DNA of 64,000 bases from a virus. Taxonomy: Duplodnaviria > Caudoviricetes. Location of the stretch: positions 32,001 through 96,000 of the IMG/VR virus record IMGVR_UViG_3300033463_000038. One strand, written 5' to 3'. Below the pieces are notes generated by a model. The model did no database searches. It saw only the letters and a list, made by a program, of their open reading frames with translations, and was not told the origin of the DNA. The position numbers and the translations under genes were made by a program. This document shows positions 25,787-35,727 of this stretch, piece by piece (the first letter of the stretch is position 1; each line of letters starts with the position of its first letter).

Positions 25787-27545
25787 TTCTATCCTTTACC
25801 AACTGGCTGAAGCAGCCCTTCTTCTGGACTCTCAGCGTCTCGAACTTATATTGTATTTGACTAAAATTTAGATCATTTAGCTTGTGAGAAATTAGGTACA
25901 CGCCGAGATTGCTGTCGCCTTGAATCATCGTGATCAGCTCTTTCAGGAAGTCCGTAATGCCTTCGCCGTCGATGCCAGTGTCGAAGATCTCGTCCATGAA
26001 CAGAATAGAGCTAGACCAGTTAGACAGCTGTTTAGCGATATCGTAGAACGTGAGCAGCATAGCGACGTTCACTCTCGTCTTCTCGCCGTTCGATAGTCCG
26101 TTGTATTCCATTTCGAACGCGCCACGAGTGAGCGTATACTCGAGCATGCTGTCGAAAATGACTTCGACGTTCAAGCCGAACTTCTTGATGTACTCGTTGA
26201 TCTTGAGATTCAGAATCGGAACGATCTCCTCGAAGAAGTAGCGCTTGATTCCGCTGTCCGACAGAATCGTGATGAGATCCGTTGCGATCGCAATTCTCTC
26301 TGAGGTGTCGTCGAGAGTGTCGTTGCAGATTTTGAGCTGCTTTCGATACTCTTCTACGCGCTTTCTCTGGTCGGTCGGATCGAACCCGTTTGTCTCAGCC
26401 TCGATCTCTCTATACTGCTGCTCGTCGTAAGAAATGCCACGTTTCAATCCCTCGATGACCGTCTGCTCTGTCGAAATTCTGCTCTTCACTTTTTCGTAAA
26501 AAGCCTTAGAGTTGCGCATCTTCTCAGCGCTTTCCTCGTCTGCTTTCTGCTTCTCGTTCAGAGTGTCGTAGAATCTCTGCTCCATGTTGATCTCTGCGAG
26601 AATTCCGTCGAAATACTCTTTCGCGTGATCCGAGCAAAAATCTGTCCCGCATATCGGACACTTGTTCTTATCGTGGAAGTCGTAAATCTTCGTAAGGCTC
26701 GTCACCTTCGCCTTGTGATCTGCGAGTCCAGAGACGCGCTCACGGATCCTCGTCATCGTGTCATCGAGTTCCGCAAAGTCGGACTCGAGTTCGGCGCACT
26801 TCTCTTCGCACTTTTGAATGTTGCTCTCATGCTTCACCAAGTCGGATTTCTGCTGTTCGATATGCTCTTTCACCTTCTCTAGCCTGTCCGCTTTGTTCGT
26901 TTCGAAATTGCGGCTCTTCTGCTCCATGTCAGCGATGATCTGGATCAAGTCGTCTATCGAGTTCTCGAGGCCCTTCTTAGTTGCGCTCATCGTCTTGATG
27001 GTGATGTTGTCGTTAGAGCGTCGTTCCTTCACCTCGTCGAGCATATCCGCGATGTTCGTGAGTCCGAATATCGTCTCGAGCAGCTCCCTTCTATCTGACA
27101 GACACATATTGAAGAACGGCACGTTCGAGATTGCGCCGATACACATCACATTCTTGAACAGCAGATATTTGACGCCGAGCAGTTTGTCGATCTCGAGCTG
27201 ATTGAGCTTCTTCGAGCTCAGCGCCTCTACCATCTCTCCGTTCTTGTACAGTTCGAACTTAGACGGCGCAAGGCCTCTCAGCATGCGGTAGGAATCCTTG
27301 CCGATGTCGAACTGGATCTCTACCTCTAAGTGGCGCTTATTGATGTAGTTTACCAGGCTCTTCATTTTGATGTCACGATAGGGCTTACCGAAGAGCACGA
27401 ACGAGATAGCGTCAACGATTGTCGATTTTCCTGCGCCGTTCTGAGCGTTGATCAGGTTGAGTTTGTTGTTGAAGTTCAGGGTAGTCCACCCGTTGCCATA
27501 GGACAGGAAGTTCTTGAACTTGAGCGTATTAAACTTGATATACAT
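25764..27545 (-). CDS. recombination ATPase, T4 gp46/Rad50/SbcC-like
   Basis: KNFLSYGN, Walker A NGAGKST, Zn hook CPIC, signature LSNGE, Walker B FMDE; likely start ATG 27545. Confidence 0.93.
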   Translation of the reverse strand: MYIKFNTLKFKNFLSYGNGWTTLNFNNKLNLINAQNGAGKSTIVDAISFVLFGKPYRDIKMKSLVNYINKRHLEVEIQFDIGKDSYRMLRGLAPSKFELYKNGEMVEALSSKKLNQLEIDKLLGVKYLLFKNVMCIGAISNVPFFNMCLSDRRELLETIFGLTNIADMLDEVKERRSNDNITIKTMSATKKGLENSIDDLIQIIADMEQKSRNFETNKADRLEKVKEHIEQQKSDLVKHESNIQKCEEKCAELESDFAELDDTMTRIRERVSGLADHKAKVTSLTKIYDFHDKNKCPICGTDFCSDHAKEYFDGILAEINMEQRFYDTLNEKQKADEESAEKMRNSKAFYEKVKSRISTEQTVIEGLKRGISYDEQQYREIEAETNGFDPTDQRKRVEEYRKQLKICNDTLDDTSERIAIATDLITILSDSGIKRYFFEEIVPILNLKINEYIKKFGLNVEVIFDSMLEYTLTRGAFEMEYNGLSNGEKTRVNVAMLLTFYDIAKQLSNWSSSILFMDEIFDTGIDGEGITDFLKELITMIQGDSNLGVYLISHKLNDLNFSQIQYKFETLRVQKKGCFSQLVKDRNEQGSPS

Positions 27546-27598
27546 TTCGACAGTAAATATAAAATTCCTATTTTTACGCAAATTTCGAGCTTTCTGGG

Positions 27599-27627
27599 TT
27601 TAGAAAATCGTCAAAATTTGCTATATT
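27599..27627 (+). promoter_or_regulatory. early promoter
   Basis: TTTAGA-N17-TATATT. Confidence 0.75.
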
Positions 27628-27657
27628 GTATATGTAAACTTTGAAAGGAACTCAACT

Positions 27658-27840
27658 ATGAGCGATGAAGACAAGAAGCTGCTTATGGAGAAAATCAAAA
27701 AGTATGGCGAGTTGATGGCAGAAGGACGCTATTTTGCTGCTCGTCATAACCTCAAATTGATCGAAAAGTCGATCAAAACTGACAAAGAACAGTTCTTCGA
27801 TTGGGTGGACGAGAATAATGGATCAATTCGCAGATACTAG
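27658..27840 (+). CDS. hypothetical protein
   Basis: AAGGA SD, follows early promoter. Confidence 0.65.
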   Translation: MSDEDKKLLMEKIKKYGELMAEGRYFAARHNLKLIEKSIKTDKEQFFDWVDENNGSIRRY

Positions 27841-28033
27841 AAAACCTTATTTCAGCGAGCGCACTAGTGAGATGGTGTGCCCATACTGTGGCTACATTCA
27901 CGAGTGCAGTGAAGAGCTGTCTAGCGACAGCAGTGAGTACGAGTGCGAAGTATGTGGCCGCGAATTTCACTACGAAAGAGAAACTGAAGTGTACTATAGC
28001 ACTTACCGCAAAGAGGATAAAGAAGAATGCTAG
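27818..28033 (+). CDS. zinc-ribbon protein
   Basis: CPYC...CEVC. Confidence 0.7.
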   Translation: MDQFADTRKPYFSERTSEMVCPYCGYIHECSEELSSDSSEYECEVCGREFHYERETEVYYSTYRKEDKEEC

Positions 28034-28344
28034 GCTACGATTCTTATAGCAGAGAGGATCTCGAGTCTATGCTCGACAAAGAGCGCGAGAAGGTAAAAGA
28101 GCTCGAAAAGAAGATTGAAGATATGCAAGCCAACGAGTATGTCCGTTCAGTCGATGACGGAATGGAGATCCGTCGTTTGCACCGCTGCGTAGTCCGAATG
28201 ACAAGACAGTGGCTTAGCGCAGTCGACGACATGTATAGCCGTCTAGACGACGTTCACGGACTCGACGACCAAGATGTCTTAGACTGGGACAAAGTAACAA
28301 CCCTTCACGAAAAGTTGAAGAAAGTTTTAGAAAAGTGGAAGTGA
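28027..28344 (+). CDS. hypothetical coiled-coil protein
   Basis: ORF in operon. Confidence 0.7.
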   Translation: MLGYDSYSREDLESMLDKEREKVKELEKKIEDMQANEYVRSVDDGMEIRRLHRCVVRMTRQWLSAVDDMYSRLDDVHGLDDQDVLDWDKVTTLHEKLKKVLEKWK

Positions 28345-28345
28345 T

Positions 28346-28756
28346 ATGCTCAAAGAAGACTTTTTGAAATTTCAGGAAATGGCGCTCGAAGATGTAGTGA
28401 TGCCAGAGAACCCGGACGACATTCTGGAAAAGAATATGCAGATTCCGGGTATGAAGCAGAAGTATATCGACGCTTACCGCAAACAAGTAGCAGTCGTAGC
28501 TACACTAGAGACCAAGTTGGAAGAAGCTACAGCTCGAGCGAAGAACAAGTTGAAGGACGGCGGATACGCTTACACAGCGAAGGAAGCAACAGAGCAGACT
28601 GCGCTCGACGACGAGGTCGCAAAGATCAATCGTGCTTTGATCGAGCAGCGCTACTACATGGGTTGGCTCGAAGACACAGCAGCTAACATCACTTCACTGT
28701 CTTTCACGATCAAAAACTGGTTGAAGTGGAAAGAGATCATCTCTACCAACTACTAA
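28346..28756 (+). CDS. recombination mediator UvsY-like
   Basis: 136-aa helical protein with C-terminal SFTIKN...W resembling UvsY. Confidence 0.6.
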   Translation: MLKEDFLKFQEMALEDVVMPENPDDILEKNMQIPGMKQKYIDAYRKQVAVVATLETKLEEATARAKNKLKDGGYAYTAKEATEQTALDDEVAKINRALIEQRYYMGWLEDTAANITSLSFTIKNWLKWKEIISTNY

Positions 28757-28810
28757 GAGGTAAGTATGAGTAAGAGAGTTTCTAGAACGCTTAGCTAAAG
28801 AGATTACTTA

Positions 28811-29620
28811 TTAAGCCTTGACGTTAGTGTTTCCGCCGTTAGTAGGAGCACCAGTCACGAAACAGAAGGGATGAGCGCAGACCAACGTCTTCAGACTATT
28901 TCTACCCAGATTGACGTCTCCTAGAACAGCGTCTATGTTGACGTCTTTCCTCGCATTCAAGTTTACTACGCCGTTAGCTGTCAAGTCGAAATCTCCTTCG
29001 AGAGTAACTGACATCTTTGCAGCTCCATCCGTGTCAATCTTCTTGGACAGACTCTGTTCAACCGATATGCTGCCATTTGGATCAATCTGAATCTTCAATC
29101 CAGAACGATGATTTATCTTCATCAAACCAGTCTTTCGATTGAGCGTTACTCCTTCACCGTCGTCTGTCTTCATCAAGACCATCGTATTCGGATAGTCTGA
29201 ATTGACTGCGTCGTCCATGATGCTCTCACCTGGACTTCTCATTCCAAGGAATGATTCTACCGCTGCTACCAACGGGTTCTCTGCAGTGATTATTCCTGTG
29301 TAGATCGGCTTCATCAAGTCGCCGTTCTCGAAGTATCCTCGTACTATCGAATCAACGGGAGGAACGACTAGGTTAGAAGAGCTCGCTCCAAGATATGTTC
29401 CTTCTGGAATAGCCCACGGAAGCACTTCATCTTGAACATTGTCATAGTAGCCGAAGATTCGGATTCGTACTCTACCAAGCTTCAGAGAATCATTGTTGTT
29501 TACAACCTTTCCAGTCCATCGATCATGATTTTTCTCATTGCTTGATGCAGCGATATCGAAACCTTCCATAGGATCTTCAGTGATATTTCCATATCTCTCT
29601 GCTAACTCTTCATCTCTCAT
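28811..29620 (-). CDS. baseplate hub/spike protein, gp5 OB-fold without lysozyme domain
   Basis: WTGKVVNNNDSLKLGRVRIRIFG...LPWA, beta-helix region, C-terminal CFVTGAP. Confidence 0.85.
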   Translation of the reverse strand: MRDEELAERYGNITEDPMEGFDIAASSNEKNHDRWTGKVVNNNDSLKLGRVRIRIFGYYDNVQDEVLPWAIPEGTYLGASSSNLVVPPVDSIVRGYFENGDLMKPIYTGIITAENPLVAAVESFLGMRSPGESIMDDAVNSDYPNTMVLMKTDDGEGVTLNRKTGLMKINHRSGLKIQIDPNGSISVEQSLSKKIDTDGAAKMSVTLEGDFDLTANGVVNLNARKDVNIDAVLGDVNLGRNSLKTLVCAHPFCFVTGAPTNGGNTNVKA

Positions 29621-30477
29621 CGACTGACTCCTTTAGGTTTACTTCCCTTCTTGAGATTCTCCGATTCCTTCTGCGCCATATCGTTTACTGTAGCGATAAG
29701 AAGCTCTACTTCGTTGTACGGCATATCGTCATTGATCACGACACCGCAGTATTTGCTGACCTGAATCTGGTTTCTGATCATCGTAATCGTATTTACGCGA
29801 TTGAATAGATTTATATCTCGGATATCGACTCCTACTCTCAACTCTCTTCCGCAGTCAGTACAGATCAAATTAGTCCATGACTCGATACCGAACATCGCAT
29901 CTTCGGCTAAATGTTTCAATTTAGAGAACGTGTCTGCTGGTAGTTCTAGAATGTCACTCTCTATGTTCTCGTTGTCGAAATGATCGGCTATGTCGGTCCA
30001 GTTCAAGATGTTCTCGATGTCGTGATCCTTCGATACGTACTTTTTGTCAGAAATCTTTCTGTGTACGCCAGAGATCTTCACACCTCCGATATAGATGCTT
30101 CTCAGTACGCTCTCATCGATATTCTTGACATGAAGGCTGCTCATCTGGAATTCTGAGCTAACCCTAGATCTACAATATGGACACACAAATTCAGTCTGGT
30201 AGCTGTTAGAGAGCTGAAACGTGTTGGTCCTCAGATAGAATACCAACGTTAGCCGATCTCCTTCGAGAATGTCTTTGAATTCCAGATTCTCTATCAGCAA
30301 GCATCTCTCAAGGATCGAATTCACCATCTGCCTAGAGTTCTTTTCGTTAATAGCAGCTAGAAATTTGAGATCTCTGACATTGAGACATCGAAACTTTATG
30401 GTAGCGCTCTCTGGATATTCTTTTCCTCTGCTCGGCAGTGCAGCCAAAGGTATATCCCAATAGTTGAATTCGTTCAT
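29617..30477 (-). CDS. baseplate hub assembly protein, gp26-like
   Basis: LPSRGK.YP, GDRL.L.FYLR, CPYC and CTDC. Confidence 0.7.
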   Translation of the reverse strand: MNEFNYWDIPLAALPSRGKEYPESATIKFRCLNVRDLKFLAAINEKNSRQMVNSILERCLLIENLEFKDILEGDRLTLVFYLRTNTFQLSNSYQTEFVCPYCRSRVSSEFQMSSLHVKNIDESVLRSIYIGGVKISGVHRKISDKKYVSKDHDIENILNWTDIADHFDNENIESDILELPADTFSKLKHLAEDAMFGIESWTNLICTDCGRELRVGVDIRDINLFNRVNTITMIRNQIQVSKYCGVVINDDMPYNEVELLIATVNDMAQKESENLKKGSKPKGVSR

Positions 30478-30524
30478 GAGTTATATTCGATCCATGTATA
30501 TAAGAATATATAGCGAGGTTTGAA

Positions 30525-31547
30525 ATGTCAGAGAGCAACTGGAAGACTGAAGGATATAATCCGGAAGAGCATGGCTGGTGGAAAGCCACACTTGACGATA
30601 AAGATAATCTGGGTTATCCGACTGGCTATTACTATGCTGACACTATGCGAGCAATCATGGTCGCATTCACTAAATTCTTCAACGACGTGTATGTGATCCG
30701 ATACGACGAACAGGGTTATCCCAGAAAGAGCATTAGAGTTCCGATCAAGTTCGGTCCGAGATCGAAGGCTCACGACTTCAGAAAAGAAGAAGAGTCTGGA
30801 GAGGATTACACTATTCCTCTACCGAACATGTACTACAAGTTCACTGGTTTCCAGTACGACAGCACTAGAGCTGCATCTTCGAATTCGATACGCACATTCT
30901 ATGAGAACTATCTCTTGTCTAAAGGAATCGAAGAGGGCGAGTGTCAGCTTCTATGGGAGGACACTCAGCCAGTTCCATACAACATCACTTTCGAGATGAC
31001 CGCAAAAACTGAGCTCTTCGCAGATCTACTGCAGATCATCGAGCAGATATCTTCGAGATTCAATCCAGACGCATTCCTGTTCATCAAGGAATTCTGGTTC
31101 ATGAACATCCGTAGAGATATCAAGATGAAGCTAGACAGCGTCTCGATAGACTTTCAGGACGAGTTTGGAGAGCAAGATAAGCGAGAGCTAGAAGCTAAAT
31201 TCTCTTTCACGATCGAGGGCCAGGTCTACACGAAGATCGAGCATGGCGCTATCATCGACCGCATCATCGCTGTTCTGAATCCTGCTATCGCAGTATACAA
31301 GGACGGATCCGACGTTCCAGACAGATACAAGTCGATCATCGACGTATCAGGAAACTACAGAGAAGAGCCAGGAACATACGATCCAGATACGAACACTTGG
31401 CAAGGCAGCATGACGGATCGCTACGATTTCGCTAACGTAACAGAGGAAAGCATCACGAATTCTGGACGTAAGGATTTCCTAAATAGCGCAAACGAGAAGG
31501 TCGATACCCAGTGGGCTAGCAGACATACTATCGAAGATGCTCAATAA
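30525..31547 (+). CDS. tail sheath stabiliser/terminator, T4 gp15-like
   Basis: YY..T.R...VAF..FFND, IRVPIKFGP, PVPYNI.FE, LQIIEQI...FNP. Confidence 0.88.
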   Translation: MSESNWKTEGYNPEEHGWWKATLDDKDNLGYPTGYYYADTMRAIMVAFTKFFNDVYVIRYDEQGYPRKSIRVPIKFGPRSKAHDFRKEEESGEDYTIPLPNMYYKFTGFQYDSTRAASSNSIRTFYENYLLSKGIEEGECQLLWEDTQPVPYNITFEMTAKTELFADLLQIIEQISSRFNPDAFLFIKEFWFMNIRRDIKMKLDSVSIDFQDEFGEQDKRELEAKFSFTIEGQVYTKIEHGAIIDRIIAVLNPAIAVYKDGSDVPDRYKSIIDVSGNYREEPGTYDPDTNTWQGSMTDRYDFANVTEESITNSGRKDFLNSANEKVDTQWASRHTIEDAQ

Positions 31548-31590
31548 ATCACTATAAATAAGCTGTAAAGACTGAAAGAAGAGTACCCTA

Positions 31591-32955
31591 ATGGAAGATC
31601 AAGCTAGAAGATTAAAGGAGCTTAAATCGTCGCTAGACCGCATTGGCGATCTGGTTCTCTGGAATACGGAGAAATTAGGCACAATTATCGCTTCTGAAAG
31701 CAAAGACGAGCAAAAATCGATGAATCTCGTATATGGCAACATCGTCGACAGCATAAAGTCAGAGACGGAGCCTTTGAGAAACATAGTCATCGACCTGAAG
31801 TACTACTTCGATCGTCAAAATAACGAGATCACAGCGATTCTCAAGAATTCTTCTGTAATCATAGATACTGTCAAAGCTTCTGTAAAGAACGAAGATGAGC
31901 GTAACGCTGTCGAAGCGGATATCGAACGCAAGAACTCATTAGTTACGACAAGTCCAGTCGTAGAGAGCGTAGGAAAAGTCCAATCTACGGGTCTCGATCC
32001 GGAGCTGCAAAACAAGTTGAGCTTAGTCCTCGATTCTGCTGCTGGATTCTTCAAAAGCTGGGGAAATCCCGTCGAAGTTGGCGCAGCTCTCGCACTTCCA
32101 GTCGTCGGAGCTCTCGGAGTCGCTTTCGGCGGAGTCGTTCTGACCGTCAATAAGCTAGTTGACGGCATAACTGACATTATCGGAAAGGTGACTGACATGC
32201 CTTCTGGTATCGCTACAGCAGTAGGCGGAGCAGTCACTGGAGTTTTCAAAGCAACATCGAATCCGACAAATATTGACGGATCGACGCTGAATTCTGCGAT
32301 ACTGATAGGCACTAAGCCGATATTGGATCAACTGACAAATATTGACGGATCAATCAAGAACGTCAAGATCGAAAATGCATCTCTAGGAGTAAATCTTGAT
32401 CCAGTGTTGAGAGCTATCGACAACGTATCTTCATCGATCTCCTCTTCTATAGGTAATTGGAGTTTCTCTGCTCCAGTCGCTTATCCCGTAGTCGAAGAGC
32501 CGAAAGATGACATATCGTTCAAGACAAGGGTCATATCACTGCTAGAGAATCCAGTTCCAGTCGAAGTCATCGTACGTGAAGATTTGAGAAACTCTAATGG
32601 ACAGCAGATTCGCGAAGACGTGTTCGCAGATGCAGTCCGTCCTCTAGTCAGAAACCAAGAAGCGATGTACAATATGCTCTCTAGCAGTCTCAGAGAGCTC
32701 AGTCAGGCAGTCGCTACATTGAGCGTTCCTCCAGAAGTCGGAAGAACAGATCGTGTCACACGACTGAACGACAACGTCAACATGACTGTCAATGACACAG
32801 CTATCGAGTTGATATTGACAGAGACTAGAACGATTGCACAAGCGATCGCTGGATTCCGTTCCGATTTTGGAACTTTCAGTACAAATTGGACTGCTGCTAA
32901 CTCCGAAAAGCGTCAAGAGCGTACCGGAGGCGAAACTGTCCTGTCTGGAGATTGA
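31591..32955 (+). CDS. hypothetical tail/baseplate protein (tape-measure or hub-like)
   Basis: TATAAATA at 31553; helical with Gly/Ala/Val hydrophobic segment. Confidence 0.5.
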   Translation: MEDQARRLKELKSSLDRIGDLVLWNTEKLGTIIASESKDEQKSMNLVYGNIVDSIKSETEPLRNIVIDLKYYFDRQNNEITAILKNSSVIIDTVKASVKNEDERNAVEADIERKNSLVTTSPVVESVGKVQSTGLDPELQNKLSLVLDSAAGFFKSWGNPVEVGAALALPVVGALGVAFGGVVLTVNKLVDGITDIIGKVTDMPSGIATAVGGAVTGVFKATSNPTNIDGSTLNSAILIGTKPILDQLTNIDGSIKNVKIENASLGVNLDPVLRAIDNVSSSISSSIGNWSFSAPVAYPVVEEPKDDISFKTRVISLLENPVPVEVIVREDLRNSNGQQIREDVFADAVRPLVRNQEAMYNMLSSSLRELSQAVATLSVPPEVGRTDRVTRLNDNVNMTVNDTAIELILTETRTIAQAIAGFRSDFGTFSTNWTAANSEKRQERTGGETVLSGD

Positions 32956-32968
32956 TGGAGGCTAGCTG

Positions 32969-33994
32969 ATGTTTGATATCATAAACATCTGGGGTGGAAG
33001 AGCTAGAGAAGGCCTAGTATACATAGAGCCGTTCTCTGATCAAGCATCTCTGCCAGAAAAAGACAACATGCCTCCGATGATCGCTTACCTGACTAAGTTT
33101 CCGACGATGAGCTATGGAACGGACTGGGGCGACTGGAATCACAGCAACACCGAGTTCGTATCAAGCAAGATCCAGGGATTAGCTGGAGGAGGAACCGTAT
33201 CTGTCGGAAAAGAAAGCCGTGGAATAAAGACTGACTTCTTAGCTCTGCTAGCTGGATCTGAGTACAAAAATCCTATCTTGACTGACCAATGGACTCAGTT
33301 GATAGCGCAGAACGACCAAAAGAGCTACATCAATCTCGATCTAGAGCTTGTAGCATTTCCAGTCATTAGACCGAATACCAGAGCACATGTCGAAGGAATG
33401 AGATATGACTCCAGAAACATGGATGCAGTTCTAAACGTAAAGTACGACGGAAACACGAGAAGAGTGAACAGCTTCTGGGACTGGCTGAAGTTCGGAAAGA
33501 CTGCTATGATGCCTTTAGAGAAATTCTCTTCTGCTGTAGTGCCACAGAATATGAATGCTATCTACAACAATATGAACGGAACAAATGGAAAGATGGTCAA
33601 GCACGGCATTCACTCTATGGCTCACTTCGTCGACGGCTTCATTCCATCTTCTAAGACTACGATCTCAGACTCGATGAGAGATACGATCAAGGGAGCTGAA
33701 GAGGTAGCACAGGGTCTAGCAATCAATGGAACAAGAATCGGACATACGTTCACTGTTCAGCTGTTCGACTGCAATAGAAAGAAACTGTTGAATTCGAAAG
33801 CTCCAGCCTGTCCGATCGACTTCTATGTGACAAGCCTGAAGTTCAAGTTCTCTCCCAAAGTCGTCAAGATAATCGACGACAACGGCAAAAGAAAAGGCGC
33901 AGCTCCAGAATGGTGCGAGATTTCTCTGTCTTTGACCAGCGTAACTATGCTCTCTATCGATCAAGTATTGGACATGTGCAGCTATGAATATTGA
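32969..33994 (+). CDS. baseplate-tail tube junction protein (gp48/gp54-like)
   Basis: C-terminal tube-fold pattern YVTSLKFKFS...PEWCEISLSL. Confidence 0.45.
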   Translation: MFDIINIWGGRAREGLVYIEPFSDQASLPEKDNMPPMIAYLTKFPTMSYGTDWGDWNHSNTEFVSSKIQGLAGGGTVSVGKESRGIKTDFLALLAGSEYKNPILTDQWTQLIAQNDQKSYINLDLELVAFPVIRPNTRAHVEGMRYDSRNMDAVLNVKYDGNTRRVNSFWDWLKFGKTAMMPLEKFSSAVVPQNMNAIYNNMNGTNGKMVKHGIHSMAHFVDGFIPSSKTTISDSMRDTIKGAEEVAQGLAINGTRIGHTFTVQLFDCNRKKLLNSKAPACPIDFYVTSLKFKFSPKVVKIIDDNGKRKGAAPEWCEISLSLTSVTMLSIDQVLDMCSYEY

Positions 33995-35102
33995 TGATAT
34001 AGAAGAAGTACGTGAAGATGAAGCTGTAGCGTTTCAAGCTCCGGAAGATGTCGTTGTAGAGTACAGCGCTCGTCAGAGAGACATGTTCAACGGATTTAGC
34101 GAAGATCTGTACGGAAACAACTGGTTCATACTGACTACGAACGAAGCTGGTCCACAGGGTACGACAGGAAAAGCTAGATCGATATGCGGAATTCTGGAAG
34201 AGGTTCCAGATCTAAGCTTCAACACCGATGTAGTTGATGGTCCGCAAAAATTCATGGTTGATGCTATGCAGAGCTTCTTGGGTAGAAGAAGCAGCGGTAA
34301 TAGCAATCTGCTCTCTGCTGTGACTGGAAAGTTTGGATTCTATTCCAAGCTGGCTAACTCTATGGGAGCAAATCTGAATGTCCAGTTAGCTGGAAACTAT
34401 ACGAAGAGAATCTCTAATACTAAGGATTTCCAGAAAGACGGCTTCAAGCTAAAGTTCAAGACATGGAAATACCCCGAGCAGCTCTTTGATCCATCATGCA
34501 TACCCTCTTCACAGAAAGAAGTTATCGACTATCTGTCGAAATATGCTACTGTCTACACACGACCGAGCATATTTGGAACACTGGACAAGGCAGTAGATCA
34601 GACTATGGCAGCATTTGGAACTCTAGCGCCGGTCGGAAAGAAACTACTGTTCGGTGCAGTCGGTGGAGCAGTTGACGCTATTGGTACTGGCATCGGAGCT
34701 ACGTTCGGCACAGAAGCTAAAGCATATTACGACTGGGCTGCTAGAGAACAACTAGGTAGAGAATTCACTGCTAATAATCAAGCTCCAAAGTCTCCAGAAG
34801 AGCTCATAAAAGCGATGGGAGACACTGTAGACAGTGTCCTAGTCAGATCTTGGAATGACAAGCAGAGAATCACTCATGGCCAAGAGAAGTTCAATGAATC
34901 TCTGCATCGTCTCGACATATTGAGAGCTGGAATTCTGGACACTTACCTTATCGTTGGCGTATCTAACTGGAGCTATACTCTAGAGCAGGAGACTCTTGGC
35001 GAGTCGATGGAAGTTACGATAGATGTTAAGCTAGATCAGAGAATGAGCCGCGACAGGCTGAAGCTGTACGGCGAAAGAGAAGATATTTTCGGGAAATCCT
35101 AA
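33984..35102 (+). CDS. baseplate-tail tube junction-like protein
   Basis: Overlapping start, similar architecture to preceding gene. Confidence 0.4.
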   Translation: MNIDDIEEVREDEAVAFQAPEDVVVEYSARQRDMFNGFSEDLYGNNWFILTTNEAGPQGTTGKARSICGILEEVPDLSFNTDVVDGPQKFMVDAMQSFLGRRSSGNSNLLSAVTGKFGFYSKLANSMGANLNVQLAGNYTKRISNTKDFQKDGFKLKFKTWKYPEQLFDPSCIPSSQKEVIDYLSKYATVYTRPSIFGTLDKAVDQTMAAFGTLAPVGKKLLFGAVGGAVDAIGTGIGATFGTEAKAYYDWAAREQLGREFTANNQAPKSPEELIKAMGDTVDSVLVRSWNDKQRITHGQEKFNESLHRLDILRAGILDTYLIVGVSNWSYTLEQETLGESMEVTIDVKLDQRMSRDRLKLYGEREDIFGKS

Positions 35103-35275
35103 TCGTCGAACTTCTCGCCAGACGGATTATTAGCTTCTCTGAACTCTTCAGCGTGCTTCTTTATCCATTCGCGAACGAACTCTTCTCCAGGATCACGCCC
35201 TATCCGCTCTCCCTCAAGCCACTTCTCACGCTCGATCTCAGCAATCTGCTTCTGCATGAATTCTTTCTCATCCAT
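35099..35275 (-). CDS. small protein, DUF4032-like (58 aa)
   Basis: MDEKEFMQKQIAEIEREKWLEGERIGRDPGEEFVREWIKKHAEEFR...; GGAGG SD; below ORF-track cutoff. Confidence 0.7.
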   Translation of the reverse strand: MDEKEFMQKQIAEIEREKWLEGERIGRDPGEEFVREWIKKHAEEFREANNPSGEKFDD

Positions 35276-35284
35276 GTGAGCCTC

Positions 35285-35668
35285 CTAGAGTTTCGAGCTG
35301 TCGTGCTCGCTGTTGACGTCTGGAAATTTCTTGTCGTAGTGTTTGAGTCCAGCAGCTTTGCGCTTCTTCATGCTCTGTTCCCAACTCTTCTTTCTGGCAG
35401 TTTCCTTAGCTGCTCTCTTCTTCTGACCAGTGATGCGTCCTCTTGCTCCATCTTCGCTACTATCTCCGCCACGCTTACGATGAAGAATTTCTTGCTGAGT
35501 CATCCTCACTTCTCTAGGATTGCCATACTCGTCATACTCTACACGCTTTACCCCAGGTTCAGTCGTCTTCCACTTGGTGACGACCTTGCCATCTCGAATC
35601 ATCTTCTTACGCTTCAGTGATTCATTTAGCTCTTGGTTTTCCTTAGTAAATTCGAGAAATCGCAGCAT
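35285..35668 (-). CDS. basic prohead core protein-like
   Basis: MLRFLEF...LNE leader then K/R-rich body with IRDGKVV, reminiscent of T4-like prohead core proteins. Confidence 0.55.
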   Translation of the reverse strand: MLRFLEFTKENQELNESLKRKKMIRDGKVVTKWKTTEPGVKRVEYDEYGNPREVRMTQQEILHRKRGGDSSEDGARGRITGQKKRAAKETARKKSWEQSMKKRKAAGLKHYDKKFPDVNSEHDSSKL

Positions 35669-35727
35669 ATAGTCCTCCTTTGGAGTAAAGCGGTCTAATT
35701 TATTTATTCGACAGATAAATACAGTAT

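Noticed and set aside
32265-32351. Short direct repeat GACAAATATTGACGGATC
   Set aside because: Encodes a duplicated TNIDGS peptide; only two copies.
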